DNA of 64,000 nucleotides, from NCBI GenBank assembly GCA_964035545.1, contig OZ037769.1, positions 14,228,633 to 14,292,632 of the forward strand. Direction: 5' to 3'. Every line of letters starts with the position of its first letter. The stretch's first letter is position 1. Below, one piece after another: positions 22,364-36,964 of this stretch. The notes beneath the pieces were generated by a model that was given only the letters and a program-made list of their open reading frames with translations, was not told the origin of the DNA and searched no databases. Source of the stretch: Bugula neritina. Taxonomy: Eukaryota > Animalia > Bryozoa. Both the position numbers and the translations under genes were made by a program.

Positions 22364-24378
22364 TTATACATATACATATACATATATATACATATATATA
22401 CATATAGATATACATATATACATATATATATACATATATATACATATACATATACATATATACATATATACATATATGCATATATACATATATACATATA
22501 TATACATATACATATATACATATATACATATATATACATATATATATACATATATATATCTATATATACATGTATGTACAGTGTAAACATGCAGCTATTG
22601 CTAACTTTGCATTACACTTTGTAAGCATTACCTGATATAAAAGTTGTTGCGATCATGCCTATTGCCTGTAAACACTGTTGCATACTCATGCCATTAGTAA
22701 CGTGTTCTTCTCCAATCAGCTCGGCTATCACAATGGGCATGAGACTTAAGGTTGTCGTTGCCATGGAAACAACACCAAGATATCCCAGGGCTACACCTTA
22801 GTAAGTTACCATGTCTTTCATTACTATATGATACATTTGAACTTTTGTGAAAATGATGCACCATCATTAAAAAGATATCATGAGCTTTTCTTAGCGCTTT
22901 TTTAATTTTAAAGTAGTAATTCATGATGAAAAAACTGAAAATGCTTTTCCACACAATATAGACTATGTTAGTCCTCATTATTCTCTTTACAATTGAGAGT
23001 TGTGTCCTCACAAAGTGAATAGGTTGAACCTTCGTATAAAAAGCAAACTCATTAAAAATTTTAAGTTTGTCTGTTGCCTGTTACTTAACATTCTAATTAT
23101 GCGATAAAAGGAAATACATATTTTGGTATAAGTACACTTATTAGCAGTTCAAAATTTTTTTTAAAATATTTTTTCATGAAAGTTTCAAAGAAACAAGCTT
23201 TAAAGCATTTTCGTAGATTTGGGTACTGAGCAATGCTGAATTGGCACTTCAGCATTGCTCAGCAACCAAGACCACAAACATGCATGCTGTCTTTATTTTC
23301 TTCAACAATTTTCATTTTGAGAGGACAGAACTCCTAATTGCAACGGGGATCTTGGAGACTTCTAAAAATGGTCATTAGATGTACACTTTACTATTTATAC
23401 CTGGAAGACCGCTAAAAATAGCTCCCAAAAGTACAAAAAATCCAGCTCCAAACTGACACAAGGAATACTGAAGCAAAGCCGACATTATTTTCCTGTCAGC
23501 TAGAAAGCCATTTGCAGTTCGACCTACAATTTCCACCAGCGCTGTCAAAGTCATCACTAGTGCCACACTGTCTTTTGATACTCCTGGAAATTATATAAAT
23601 AATACAGAGCCCTTTAATGAGAATAGAATTAAGAAGATAGGTTGATTGTGCATGAGAGCACTTGACTGTTTTTCCTTGAATTTTATATTATCAGACTTAT
23701 AGAAGGTTTTAGGCCTTATGGTGTCAACCAGGTACTAAAATCAATAAAAAAGCTTTTAAAGCATCCATATTATTGTTTCCAAAACTTGAACCGCTGCTTC
23801 CCACATAGGGAAATTTGTGGTCTATTGCTCTTTGCTTATTAAAAAATCACAAAAAAACCTATATACATGTACAATATAAGTAGTCAATGCTTTTTGTTGG
23901 CTTAGTTTATTGCGCAGTATACTTGTAGTAATATACTACTGATTAAAGCTGTAACTAGACATTAGTATTTATTTTCTTTGACAAAATGAATCAATTTTTA
24001 CAGTTCGTATATCATTTCTTAGTTGAACCTAGTTTATGCTCACCTGTTTCTCTCCCCAAGGCTGGGGCAGTATTGAAGAACACTGAAACTCCCAGCGCTG
24101 TCAAAACTATTGTAACACCTATCAGCATAAACTTGGGCATTAGCAGTATTCTTAAGTTTATTTTATCGGTGACGGTAGAAGTGGGACTGGAATTTTCTTT
24201 AAGTTCTGGTGAGTTTGGATCTGCCACAGCTACTGTTGATACTTGAGCTTTGTCAGCTGACTCAATCTTCTCTGACCCAGTGGCATTTTGATCTTCTAAC
24301 TCAACTTCTTCTATCTATAAGAATAGGATTATATGCAGCATGCATCTAGTGCTGTGGTAATTTAGCTCTGCAAGTGTA

Positions 24379-24411
<33 letters not shown>

Positions 24412-24598
24412 ACTCACCCACTCACACACTCACCCACTCACACACTCACACACTCACACACTCACACTCACACACACACCCACACACCCACACACCCACA
24501 CACCCACACACCCACACACCCACACACCCACACACTCACACACGCACACACGCACACACGCACACACGCACACACACCCACACACCCACACACCCACA

Positions 24599-24637
<39 letters not shown>

Positions 24638-24706
24638 ACACACCCACACACTCACACACGCACACACGCACACACGCACACACACCCACACACCCACACA
24701 CCCACA

Positions 24707-24769
<63 letters not shown>

Positions 24770-24838
24770 ACACACTCACACACGCACACACGCACACACG
24801 CCCACACGCCCACACACCCACACACCCACACACCCACA

Positions 24839-24924
<86 letters not shown>

Positions 24925-27900
24925 TATTTATAATAGTACCCTACCTTACAAAATATACTTTAGTTTTTCATTGAGAGGCAATTTCTAACCTTTGAACTGA
25001 GTGTGTCACATGATTTAGTCTTAGCGTCATAGTAATCTGTGTAGTATGTTATGGGTCGTAGGAGTGCAGCTATCCATAAGAATTGTAAGTTAACTCCAGC
25101 TAAAATGAAAGTTAAACATTTTAGCAGTGTGTGCTCAGTTGTGTATTATCATCGACTTAACGTATTTCAAAGCTACTTTAAAAAAAGTTCTATAAGCTTG
25201 TGGACGAGGGGAATGAGTTACCATGTAGATATTATGTTCATGCAGTTTAACATTTTGTGACTAAATTGAAATGAAAACAAAAGTCATAAATTAATTTGAA
25301 AACAATTTTATATAATTGCAGCAGTTTCTTATTTTGCAGAAAGTTTAACACTGGGAATTAACATGTTTAGGCTGCTAAAAATTTCTTTAGATACTAAATG
25401 TTGCAGGGCATTTAACTTTTTAGTAAAATCAACCCTCTTGAATGCTGTTACAAGCAGATAATGATATAAGTATCAATATAAGTACTGTTTAACATAATTT
25501 ACGCGCACTAATACAGAGTGGGGTGCTTTTGTTGTTATATATTCCAGCTGAATTTGAGTTGTGAGAATTACAGTTAATAACTCTATTATATATTTGGAAA
25601 AGTTACTTCTTAAACTGCAACTGCATGTTTAGTAACTACCCTCGTTGTAGCAGCATGCAGTGATATGGTTTTTAGCACAGTGTTCTTTTACATATCACTA
25701 TCAAAATTATTTTAATAAATATGTAGATCGATATAAAAGCACTTGAATGTTCCAGTATTATGTAAAAAAGAGCTACTAACCATACATAAGGAGCGCGCCA
25801 GAATAGTCCATTCCATCAAATAAAGGGCGGAGTATATTTGGAAGTACTATATTGCCAGCTCCGCCCCCAACTCCTGCTATTATGCCCATAGCCAGTGCCT
25901 TCTTCTTAACAAAATATGGTCGGACTACTTGTACAGATACTATGACGCATGTAATGTATCCAAACCCTAAGATATAATATCAAATTATGTTTTATATTAA
26001 ACAGCTGCACAATAGCTTGATGAAACAAGGCTTCAATAACTCAAGATGTAATATTTATGTATTTTTATCACAAGGTTTATATTTAATGGCTCATTTTGTA
26101 CAGACTATATACTATTTAATAAACTTTGAACATCAACATAAAATTTAAAAAAAAAACAGCGCTGAGTAAATCAGTTGATCCATGTTTTGCATTACTTTAA
26201 AGTCATCATACAACGTCATGCCTCACTTACATATATAAAATTTTTTGCCATGTTTTCATTTATGAGCCATAACTATATAATATTTTAGGTTTATTTTGTA
26301 TGTATTTTACAGTTTGTATTTATATATTGCATTGCATTTATTTATGATGAAATTATTATAGATAAATTAAAGCATACTAAAATCAGCATGGAAAACATTC
26401 AAGTGGTTGAATGTTTTTGTAAACTTGTATTGATCTGCAGTCTGGAAGATCAGCTGTATTACTGATTGAGCTGTTATACACAATAAACTGTTTTGGAATT
26501 GGAATACCAAGAACTCAAGCTATATGCTGATAGAACGGAAGGTGATAAATATTCTCCTCAAAAGGTAGTTGCTAGCTCAAGATAACATATTCCTTTAATT
26601 GCTTCAAAACCACGGCTTAATAATATGTTTTGTTTAAAAAAGTATTGTATGATGTGCAGATCTAAAATCATTGCTTGAGGTGAAAAATTACTAAATTATT
26701 GATACACACCCTGAACTATTATTTTCAAACAACATTATGGTGTTATAAAACGCCCTTTTCATTATAATCTACAATAAAGTAATTAAATCAATTTTTTACT
26801 TGAAAATTCATGCATATTCAATTAGGTATATATTAATACATACCTGATGGAATAGTGTATAGTATAAGCATAGCAGGCAGGGTTTTAGCATAAGCTAGTC
26901 CGATGTGACTCATAGCCGTGGTGATTACGGCAAACATAATAACAGGTCTTTGGCCTAGTTTTACTGTCATGTATCCGGCCAGTGGGTCTGAAACAAGAGG
27001 CATAACTCCTTGTACAAGAATACATGTCTCCAAACTTATAGAACGTATCATTATAGTATATAAAGCTATAATCAGTTTTTAGCCAGTATAATTTAGTTCT
27101 CTAATATAATGCTCATGTCAATGAAGACATATAATAATTCTTGCAGTAGTTATTATGAAGTGACATGATAGACATTATACTACTAGGTTGATAAGGAATT
27201 TAAATATTTATTTTAATTCTGAGCTAACTTTCCCACGCAAATACACCAATAAATTATGATATTAATTGGTGCAGTTTTAGAATAACGCTTTAAATGCAAG
27301 ATTAAAATCAGACTGAATTATAGCCAGCTCATATTTCAAATAAGTAGATGAAAATTCCTCTACAATTACTCCTTTAAACAATTAACATTGCAGTTACAAA
27401 CACAACATAAATACAGTATCCATAGTATAAACTATATAGTATTCAGTTAGAAATAGTGTATGTAATGCTATGCTATTCACTCACTGAGAGCCGAACCAAC
27501 CACTGCAGATAAAGTGAACACATATAGTAAAGTAGAAGGAGAATAAACTTCTTCAAACCTTTCTATAACTTCTACCATAATTATTCCTTGGTTCTTAAAC
27601 CCCCCAGCGCCAAGTAGAAATATGAATGTTCCAGCTACAATAAAAATAAACGAAGTTATTATTATTTCTTTAAATTGCCCAATTATTCTATTTTGAATAA
27701 TGGTTTGTCATGTTACTATTGATGAGGTATTTTTCATAAAACTGTAAACTTAATAAATCAAGCAAGCATTTTAAAATATTTAAATATTTCAAATATTAGA
27801 TAACCTCTATTTTTTGGAAGGAACAATAAAACTTGCATGCTGCAGTGACATATTACTCAATTGGTATCTGTTATTGACAGTTAAGGCAAGGTGTCTGCTG

Positions 27901-28990
27901 GTGACAGTCAAAGCAAGGTATCTGTTGGTGACAGTTAAAACAAGGTGTCTGCTGGTGACAGTTAAGGCAAGGTGTCTGTTATTGACAGTTAAGACAAGGT
28001 GTCTGCTGGTGACAGTTAAGGCAAAGTATCTGTTAATGACAGTTAAGGCAAGGTATCTGCTGGTGACAGGTAATGAGACACCAGAAGATTAGCTGAAAGT
28101 CACATGCATGCCAAAAGTATTAATTGTATTATGTAAATTTGTTAAAAAAATTAAGCAGACAAAATAATTAGACAGAATTATCTGCTTACACTATACATAC
28201 CTAGTATTATTATTATTATTAGACAATTGTTATTAACGTATGAGCAAATGCATTCTTTAAGCAATAGAAATGTTGCGATAGGTAAATCACTCTACTAGTA
28301 ATTTATTGTAGATGAGCTTTGGTTATAGTGGTAGCTTTCTTAGAATCTGTTAACCACCCTAGCTAGCTAGCTAACTTTCATAGTATATTTGTACAGAGTA
28401 CAGTTGCAACTTGCAGCTCAACAGTGTGAAACATTAATATCTCAAACCACAAGTTTAGGTGCAATGAAAGAAATCTTTACAATTCGAAACTCTTTTATTA
28501 TCTTACAGAATAATTTTGGTTTGGGGCACAAATATAGATAGTTTTGCCACTTGATTTGATACATTCAGCTTTGTAACCACAACACCACATTTAATTCAAT
28601 TCAATTCAATTCAGTTCACTGTCTTTTACCTCACGAAGGTTTAGGACTTGCTATAAGTACTTAGACACTGTACTATGAAGGATGGGAGTATCAAAGGCTG
28701 TCTTAAATATCAATCATCAGGAGTAATAGAATAACATCTGGATTGGTAAATGACCTTTTCAAAATAGCAAGAACAACCACACTAATAAAATATTTGCGGC
28801 AGAAAATGTATACATTATATTCTGACAGCACTGACATGTGCTATGAAAAGATATTATCATTAAACCTGACACTGGAATCACATAAATTCTATAGATTTCT
28901 TTACTTACCCGCAACAATAACCCACGCATAGCCCTTGTCTATAGGGAGGTCACCGTCATTCTTCACTCTGCAGTTAGATATACAATTCAT
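22086..28990 (-). CDS. SLC16/monocarboxylate-transporter-like MFS transporter, 9 coding exons, 482 aa
   Basis: Exons 28909-28990, 27485-27634, 26844-26987, 25781-25966, 24990-25099, 24044-24314, 23401-23583, 22632-22796, 22086-22243 splice in frame (1449 nt). Motifs [48 protein letters not shown]. Confidence 0.92.
22296..22570. repeat. (TA)n/(TACA)-type compound microsatellite
   Basis: Low-complexity intronic tract. Confidence 0.9.
24378..24921. repeat. Compound (CA)n/(CACCCACA)n microsatellite
   Basis: Intronic CA-rich tract with higher-order units. Confidence 0.95.
27863..28069. repeat. 27-bp minisatellite, about 7.5 copies
   Basis: Unit GGTGTCTGCTGGTGACAGTTAAGGCAA, in the first coding intron of the MCT gene. 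Confidence 0.92.
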
Positions 28991-29628
28991 AGTCAAAGTA
29001 GCTTCAAGGAATGTCTGCCTGTAAAATGAAACATACCGTCAGACTAAGCCTCAAATGACTAAATAACTTCACACTATAGTTTCTACTTCGTCACACCCCT
29101 GGGGCTTAAAAGTTTCATTCAGATTACATCTCAAAAATGTTGACCGATTTAGTATACAATCATTTATAAGGATTATATATTAGCACCACTAACATTATCA
29201 TGGTATTTGATGTTTAATGCTTATTGTATGTTACTTTTATTATATTAGCTATATAATGCTGCTGCTATAACTATATTATATAATTTAATGTTTTATAATC
29301 TTAACTACTTTATATTATGAGCTACTTTATGTCTCCATAATTGAGGTTTTATCAATAAAATTTTAATAGACTCACATGTGATTATACTATCTCTAATAAC
29401 ATAGCTTTTAAAGGATAAAAGTAAAGCATATAAAATACTAATCTTTTGCTAAAAATCACAGTTATACCAGATTTCAGTTGCATGCTCACTGGAAGTATGA
29501 ATGAAGTAGAAACTTTATATATATTATTTGCCTTCAATCTTGCGTTATGCAACAGGATTAAGAGCTAAAGCTCAGGTGTTATTGTCATTAAAGTAACTAT
29601 CTTAAACTAAAAACCACTTTATGTAAAT

Positions 29629-32600
29629 AGACCATGTAAAACTCAGCCAATCAGCGAAGTGTACCAGGTCAATGTCTTACCATCGTAACTGATATAAAAT
29701 TCTGCAAGTTCAATTGCAAAATGCATGCTTCTAAAAGCTAGTTGTGCAACTTTTTTTTCATGCATTATTTAATTTCATATCTTAAATTGATGACTCTTGA
29801 AATGATTTTTTAAAATGTCTAAATTAAGTGTTTATAAAATGCAATTAAAAATTTCATGTCTAGAAAAATGACCTGGTACACTTTTGCAACTTAAGGCCAA
29901 TTATTACATAACTGCCAGCTTAGTAGTTATTTGTTGTTGCAGCTTGAATGGGTTATTGTTTAGCATTGGAAGCTTGCAGTAAACATCTGTGAATTTGGTA
30001 CATGACTTTGATTGGCTGGTTTTTGAATTGCCCTTTAGTATATGCATCTGGATGGCTTGACTAGTGTAGACTCCGCCTACATCTAGCTAATGTACAGTAG
30101 CCAATCCACAGTAGTATTACAAAATTTCTGTTTAACAAATGAAATATTCTGGTCATTTGTCTTGTACTTTACAATAGTAAATATTCTATTCAACTAGAAT
30201 TTTATTGTATGTGAGCCATGCATGGGAACTACTAAGAGGTTAAATCAACCACCCATGCTAGTAATAGCTCGCAGTAATAGCAAGTCCACACCATATAAAT
30301 ATACACATAAGCTATTATGTGCAGCTTATGAATGCGGAAATGACCCCATTTCTTACCTTCAATTTGAAAAAAATTGTATTACATATTCTGCCACCTCTGC
30401 ACCAGGAACTTGTTTTCCTTTTAAATTTTGAAAATAGTGGTCAGTTTCTGCAGCAGTCAACATCCACAATAAACAACGTAAGCTTTCAAATAAACTATAA
30501 ATATGTGAAATATTAGTGTGGAAACAATGTAATTTATTCATTGCTATGATGAAAAAATTACAAGAATATTATATAAAGGCTAAATATAGATTTCTAGTAA
30601 AATGGCACGGGTAAAAATAACACATTTTTACTTCAAATTCTAAATTTCATCAGTCACCAATGGTGGCTGTAGATTACAGAGAGCACAGCAGACTATCATA
30701 ATCATAATCATAAGGATGGTCAGCCCACTGAGCAAAATCCAACTCCAACCCTTCATTTGGGTTACCAATGCACTAAAGCATATAATGTAAGACGCACAAA
30801 AAACAGTGGTTTTAATGAAACATGTGAAAGAAGCGAACAGAAAACGTCTTCAACAGAGTCAGCTGATATAGAGCAACAGAACTCATCTGACAGCCATCCT
30901 CATAGTCAGACTTCATCAGAAGTAACTGAGTTACCAGAATCATTAACTACTCAGAAAAAAAGATCTGCACATTCTATTGATAGATGAAAATCAAAAGTTG
31001 GAAGAAAAGGCTCAAAAAGTTCTACGTTTAAACAAAAAGCAACTATTGAAAAAGTAAAAGTTTTTAAAACTTTCACCACTACAGATCATTCATACATTTT
31101 TTATTAAAGATGTTGTTTTATGTAAGATATTCATAAATACCACAGTGGTCATCTGCATGCTTTGATTTATTTAGTTTAGGGTTTTATTTAAACAAGCAGC
31201 AGTCTTTTATTTGTGGACAAATTGACTCACTTTCTCCAGGAAAAGTAAATTGTCTTGACTTAAATTTTCCTTGGCTATTTTAAAGCTTATCAAAAGTGGC
31301 CTCCTAATCTAATTTTTAGCTGAAACTAACTCAGTGTTTAAAACTAAAATGGTTTACACTTGTTACTAGTTTCACTTATTCACAAACATTATTAAATGCT
31401 ATTCTAGAAATAATATGGGTTTGAATTAGTTATAGTATAATTATAAAATGAAGTAATAATTGTTTGTCCACAGTATTTGTTTAAACTCGTGACTTCATTC
31501 AAAGGATGTATTCATACAACTAGCTTATTATGTACTGTTACAGTATTATGTAACACATGTTGACACACATTACATTCTGTTTGGATGGTGATATATTGGG
31601 TCAAGCCTTCAACTAGCAGTTCTTGAACTTCATAGTTCTTGCAAAAGATAACTGAAGCTACTTGCCAAAGGGTAAAAACTGCTGAATGAATACAAACTAA
31701 GCACAAAATTTATTTAGCACACACATTATAATTTGAATCATAATTTAATTTTCATTCTTTGTTTACTATATCTAGATTTATATGTCCGAAGATGAAAGTT
31801 CTCACTTTCAGAAAAAAAGTTAACAGGACAAGATAAACTTTTATTGGCTTTGATGAAGCTGCGTCAAGATTTACAGTTTCAAATGCTTGCTGGCCTTTTT
31901 TATATCTCTAAATTGCTAGCAAGCAAAACCTTCAAAGACACATTAGATATTTTAGCAGATGAACTAAACAATCTAATAGTTTTTCCAACAAGAGAGAAGC
32001 TGAACATTTCTCTGAGCTTTCAAAGCCAATATGCTAATATTAGGTGCATTATAGACTGCACAGAAATATTCATTTGTAAGCCTCAGTCAAAGCTGGCTCA
32101 ATCTTAAACATGGAGTGAGTATAAAAAGACCCACACCATCAATTATTTGGTTGCAATTACACCCAAGGGCACTATTTGCTTTATTTCGCATGGAATGGGA
32201 GGTAGAGCCTAAGACAAGTGTGTAGTGAATGACTCTGGGTTCTTAGACTTCATAAACCCAGATGATGTGGTCATGGCAGATAGAGGCTTTCTTATTGAAA
32301 AAGAACTTATAGGCGCTGGAGCCAAGTTGGCCATACCACCTGGGAAAAGAGGCCATTTGCAAATGACTAAAATGCAGTTACTGCAAACAAAGTTGATTGC
32401 TAACCTTCGAATCCATGTCAAAAGAGCAATCAAAAGAATAAAGGAGTTCAATATTTTAAATGGTCCTGGAGGTGTGAACTTGGTGTTGGCACCTCTATTA
32501 GACAAGATTATGATAGTCTGCTGTGCTCTCTGTAATCTACAGCCACCATTGGTGACTGATGAAATTTAGAATTTGAAGTAAAAATGTGTTATTTTTACCC

Positions 32601-33580
32601 GTGCCATTTTACTAGAAATCTATATTTAGCTTTTATATAATATTCTTGTAATTTTTTCATCATAGCAATGAATAAATTACATTGTTTCCACACTAATATT
32701 TCACATATTTATAGTTTATTTGAAAGCTTACGTTGTTTATTGTGGATGTTGACTGCTGCAGAAACTGACCACTATTTTCAAAATTTAAAAGGAAAACAAG
32801 TTCCTGGTGCAGAGGTGGCAGAATATGTAATACAATTTTTTTCAAATTGAAGGTAAGAAATGGGGTCATTTCCGCATTCATAAGCTGCACATAATAGCTT
32901 ATGTGTATATTTATATGGTGTGGACTTGCTATTACTGCGAGCTATTACTAGCATGGGTGGTTGATTTAACCTCTTAGTAGTTCCCATGCATGGCTCACAT
33001 ACAATAAAATTCTAGTTGAATAGAATATTTACTATTGTAAAGTACAAGACAAATGACCAGAATATTTCATTTGTTAAACAGAAATTTTGTAATACTACTG
33101 TGGATTGGCTACTGTACATTAGCTAGATGTAGGCGGAGTCTACACTAGTCAAGCCATCCAGATGCATATACTAAAGGGCAATTCAAAAACCAGCCAATCA
33201 AAGTCATGTACCAAATTCACAGATGTTTACTGCAAGCTTCCAATGCTAAACAATAACCCATTCAAGCTGCAACAACAAATAACTACTAAGCTGGCAGTTA
33301 TGTAATAATTGGCCTTAAGTTGCAAAAGTGTACCAGGTCATTTTTCTAGACATGAAATTTTTAATTGCATTTTATAAACACTTAATTTAGACATTTTAAA
33401 AAATCATTTCAAGAGTCATCAATTTAAGATATGAAATTAAATAATGCATGAAAAAAAAGTTGCACAACTAGCTTTTAGAAGCATGCATTTTGCAATTGAA
33501 CTTGCAGAATTTTATATCAGTTACGATGGTAAGACATTGACCTGGTACACTTCGCTGATTGGCTGAGTTTTACATGGTCT
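29629..33580 (+). mobile_element. ISL2EU (PIF/Harbinger-related) DNA transposon, defective, with 1075-bp inverted arms
   Basis: Arms 29629-30703 and 32506-33580 (one mismatch seen, 30578/32631); AT on both flanks; internal THAP remnant and DDE_Tnp_4-type transposase. Confidence 0.9.
30712..32569 (+). pseudogene. THAP-HTH-DDE (Harbinger/ISL2EU-type) transposase pseudogene
   Basis: THAP tail KDGQPTEQNPTPTLHLGY; LLLALMKLRQD HTH; CIIDCTEIF, VMADRGF and RIHVKRAI (catalytic E replaced by K); in-frame stops at ~32105 and ~32210. Confidence 0.88.
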
Positions 33581-34073
33581 ATTGGTAGCCACAGTAATTT
33601 ACAATTGAAGATAAAGTTTAAAGCTGCAAGCTAAAGCATGCATTTATCACGCATAATAGTTTGCATATTGCACATACCTTTTAGATATAGAGAAGAGCTG
33701 ATAATACAATATAGCCTCAAAACTTATTCTCAATTATAAATAAGAAAAGTCATTGTACAAGTTGAAAACTTAGAAAACCTGAAATTGTACTATGGGTAAA
33801 TATAACGACTCCATGCTGTATATCTTACATTTTTTTCATGCCCCATAAGTTAACTATTTTTATCTTCTGGTAATTGTTTAACATATTTTTTAACATATAT
33901 GTATGCTTAATATCAAATTCATAAAACACAATCTAATTATATAGAGTACGTAGGTAAGTGACACTGTCTGCAGTGCACATCAAATAGAGGCAAAGCTTGA
34001 AAAGTCAAGAAACTCATAGCTAAATGCCCGAAGCATCAACAACAGAAGAATGTAAACCATCATCAGCTGATAG

Positions 34074-34500
34074 AAAATAATGCAGTATATATATATATAT
34101 ATATATTGCAAAACATATAAATACTGACTCAGCGCAATTCATTGTTTATGTTAAAATATATACAGTGTACAACTGAGGTCCAATTTTGTTGAAAGTGAAA
34201 TTGAGTGAAATTAACACTGAATGATAAACATATACATGTATGCAAGTATACAGCTTATATAAACCCCACACGACCAGCTAGTGAGGTTTACATTCCTGAT
34301 ACAAAATAATGCAGTATATTGCATAACATGAATACTGACACAGCACAATTCATTGTTTATATTAAAATATAGACAATGTACAACTGAAATCCAATTTTGT
34401 TGAAAGTGAAATTAAATAAAATTAACTTTGAATAGTAAACATACACATGCAAGTACAGCTTATATAACTCCCACAAGACCAGCAGGTGAGGTTTAAATTT
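34074..34500. repeat. Diverged tandem duplication, about 200-230-bp units
   Basis: AAAATAATGCAGTATAT...GTGAGGTTTA repeated twice with substitutions. Confidence 0.8.
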
Positions 34501-35025
34501 TAGAATTGTATACAAAATTATCTTATGGGTTCACTACATGCGGTGGCTGGTACAGCAATGTAATCAAATATATTTTTTAAACGTAAAAATTTCCTGAGTA
34601 ATTTTTACATATAACAGAACAAAGATTTTCGTAGTAGGTGTTGTATCGTAGAGTATTGTTATACTATATGAGCTCTCAGAGAAAAAACACTATAAAAAGC
34701 TGTCAGAGAAAGAGCAATAAAAAGTTTTTAGAGAAAATTTGTGAAAAGCTTTTAAGCAGTTAAATAGCTAATGTTTTTGATATTTTCATTTCTCTCTGTA
34801 TTATATATAACTCAACTAGTTAATATTATGGTCCGTGCTCACAATAAAGCAATTCATAGTAACAGGCAGTTTAGAGAATCCCTGACACACTTCTCTTATG
34901 CAGTATTATAAAAACAGTTCGATAAAATTGCAGTAAATAGTTTCAGAATATATGTGCAAGATTGTCAGTTATAAAGAATTACTGTAAATACTAAACTTTA
35001 TATTATAGCTGTTAAAGTTGCAACT

Positions 35026-35439
35026 GGGTCATTTTACCTAATTTAGTACACACTGGATATCTTCGGTTTTTAGCTATTTTTTGAAGTTTAGCTGGTAATG
35101 AACATGGCTTTTTTCCCAAAACTAGTAAAGCACCAATAAATACACCGAAATAATCAAAGTTCTTTTTAATTTTGCTTCATTTCCCAAGTTTTTCCTAATT
35201 ACTCAGCTATACTTTTGGTTACGGACCGTTACGGTTTTTTTCGTAACGGCCCGCACTCCTAATAAATAAGAAAAATCATGGGAAATTAAGCAAAATTAGA
35301 AAGAACCTTAATTGTTTTAGTGTATTACTTAGTGCTTTACTAGTTTTGGGCAAAAAGCCAGGTTAATTACCAGCTAAATTGTAAAAAATAGCTAAAAACT
35401 GAAGATATCCAGTGTGTACTAAATTAAGTAAAATGACCC
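35026..35439. mobile_element. Fold-back MITE with ~180-bp imperfect TIRs and a 4-bp TSD
   Basis: GGGTCATTTTAC...GTAAAATGACCC; AACT directly flanks both ends (35022-35025, 35440-35443). Confidence 0.8.
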
Positions 35440-36683
35440 AACTATACCATACCTGCAAAATTCTCCCAGAGCAGCTCAGCAGCACTTAATTCCAATTATT
35501 TCAACAGCTTTCTAGAGTAGAGCAACTAGTACCCATTGCTATTAGATAGAAATAGAAAGTGGGTACATGCAGGAATGTTAGTCTAAAGATAAGCTACTAC
35601 CTTTCATTGGCTAGCAGATCTAAACTAAGCAGAAACTAAACTTCCAGTGAAGTGCCTTTGAAAACAGCTTTGTATAATATGAGGTTTATATTTAGCAAAA
35701 AGTATTGTTAAAGACCAGTTTAGACAGGTGAAAGCTTATATCTACATAAATTGGATGATTAGACAAATTTGCATTTAAAACAGTATAATTAATCAGCTAA
35801 ACTGCCATAAAGGTATTCAATTGCGACATTATTTCGTTAACTTGTGAAAAGATAATTAATTAGAAATGTCAAATCCAACATTTCTTTAGTACACATGCAC
35901 TAATCAATACCTTCACTAAATGATTGTCAGACTTTCATTGTTTATTATAAGAAGCCAGTGCTGAACAGATAAATACATTATAATGTTGCTTTATAGATTT
36001 CTCAAGCAAATAAAATTGATGAGAAGACAACTTTTACTGGTCGACTGCATGCACACTTTAATAGTGATGTAAACTGTGTGTGACAGTATGATAATATATC
36101 AGTTATGAATTAGATTATAGTTCTTGTAATTATATAAGCAATAAAATATGCTGTCAATGCAAAGCTAAATTTTTTCTTTATCAAAACCATAAGCATACAC
36201 CTATAACAGACTAGTAGTTTGTAGGTGTATAATAGTAAACTGGTCTAACTGGAATGTTTACTAAACTCTGTGTTTTATGAATGTACTGTTAGATAATTAT
36301 TGATACAGATAACAAGCAAACAAGTCAAATCAAACTTGTCAAGATGTAGAAACTATTACAAACCAAATAAAGAACTTGCAAAAATTTAGGAATCATAAGA
36401 AAATATGTCAATTTGAAAAAACACAGCTTCAATACATGAAAAACTACATCGCAATATATTTAGGGTTCTGCAAAGTTATAAAGTTTGATTCACAAAAATT
36501 ATGTCACAATATGTTAAAAATCTTAGAGAGAAGCTGCACCTCTCCATCTACCAGTACACAGTGTAGCATGTGCTGTTTTGTAGAATAAACTTATAGTGAT
36601 AACAATACAAACACATAAATTATAGCATTTAATTTATTACCTTGTCACAAATTCTTGTGAGTATACGAGATGTATAATGCTTC

Positions 36684-36786
<103 letters not shown>

Positions 36787-36911
36787 GTATGCTGATTGTC
36801 AATCTAGTTGGAGTTCCAGCAAAGTAAAGTGCTCGATATCACGGGTGACAGAGCTAATATAATGTAGTGTGTTCAGATTGTTAATGATACATATATATTT
36901 TATTTAAAAAA

Positions 36912-36964
36912 TCTTACACGACTATATAGTTTCGTGCAGTAAACTGCACTCCTCAGGTGTTAGA
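36912..36964 (-). ncRNA. Type I hammerhead ribozyme (inverted PLE arm)
   Basis: Exact reverse complement of 39875-39927. Confidence 0.88.

Noticed and set aside
27814-28092. ORF with RCLLVTVKA repeats, or a CRISPR-like array
   Set aside because: A contiguous 27-bp minisatellite without unique spacers, antisense within an intron.
30222-30541. Duplicated small ORFs mirrored at 32668-32987
   Set aside because: A consequence of the inverted arms; not independent genes.
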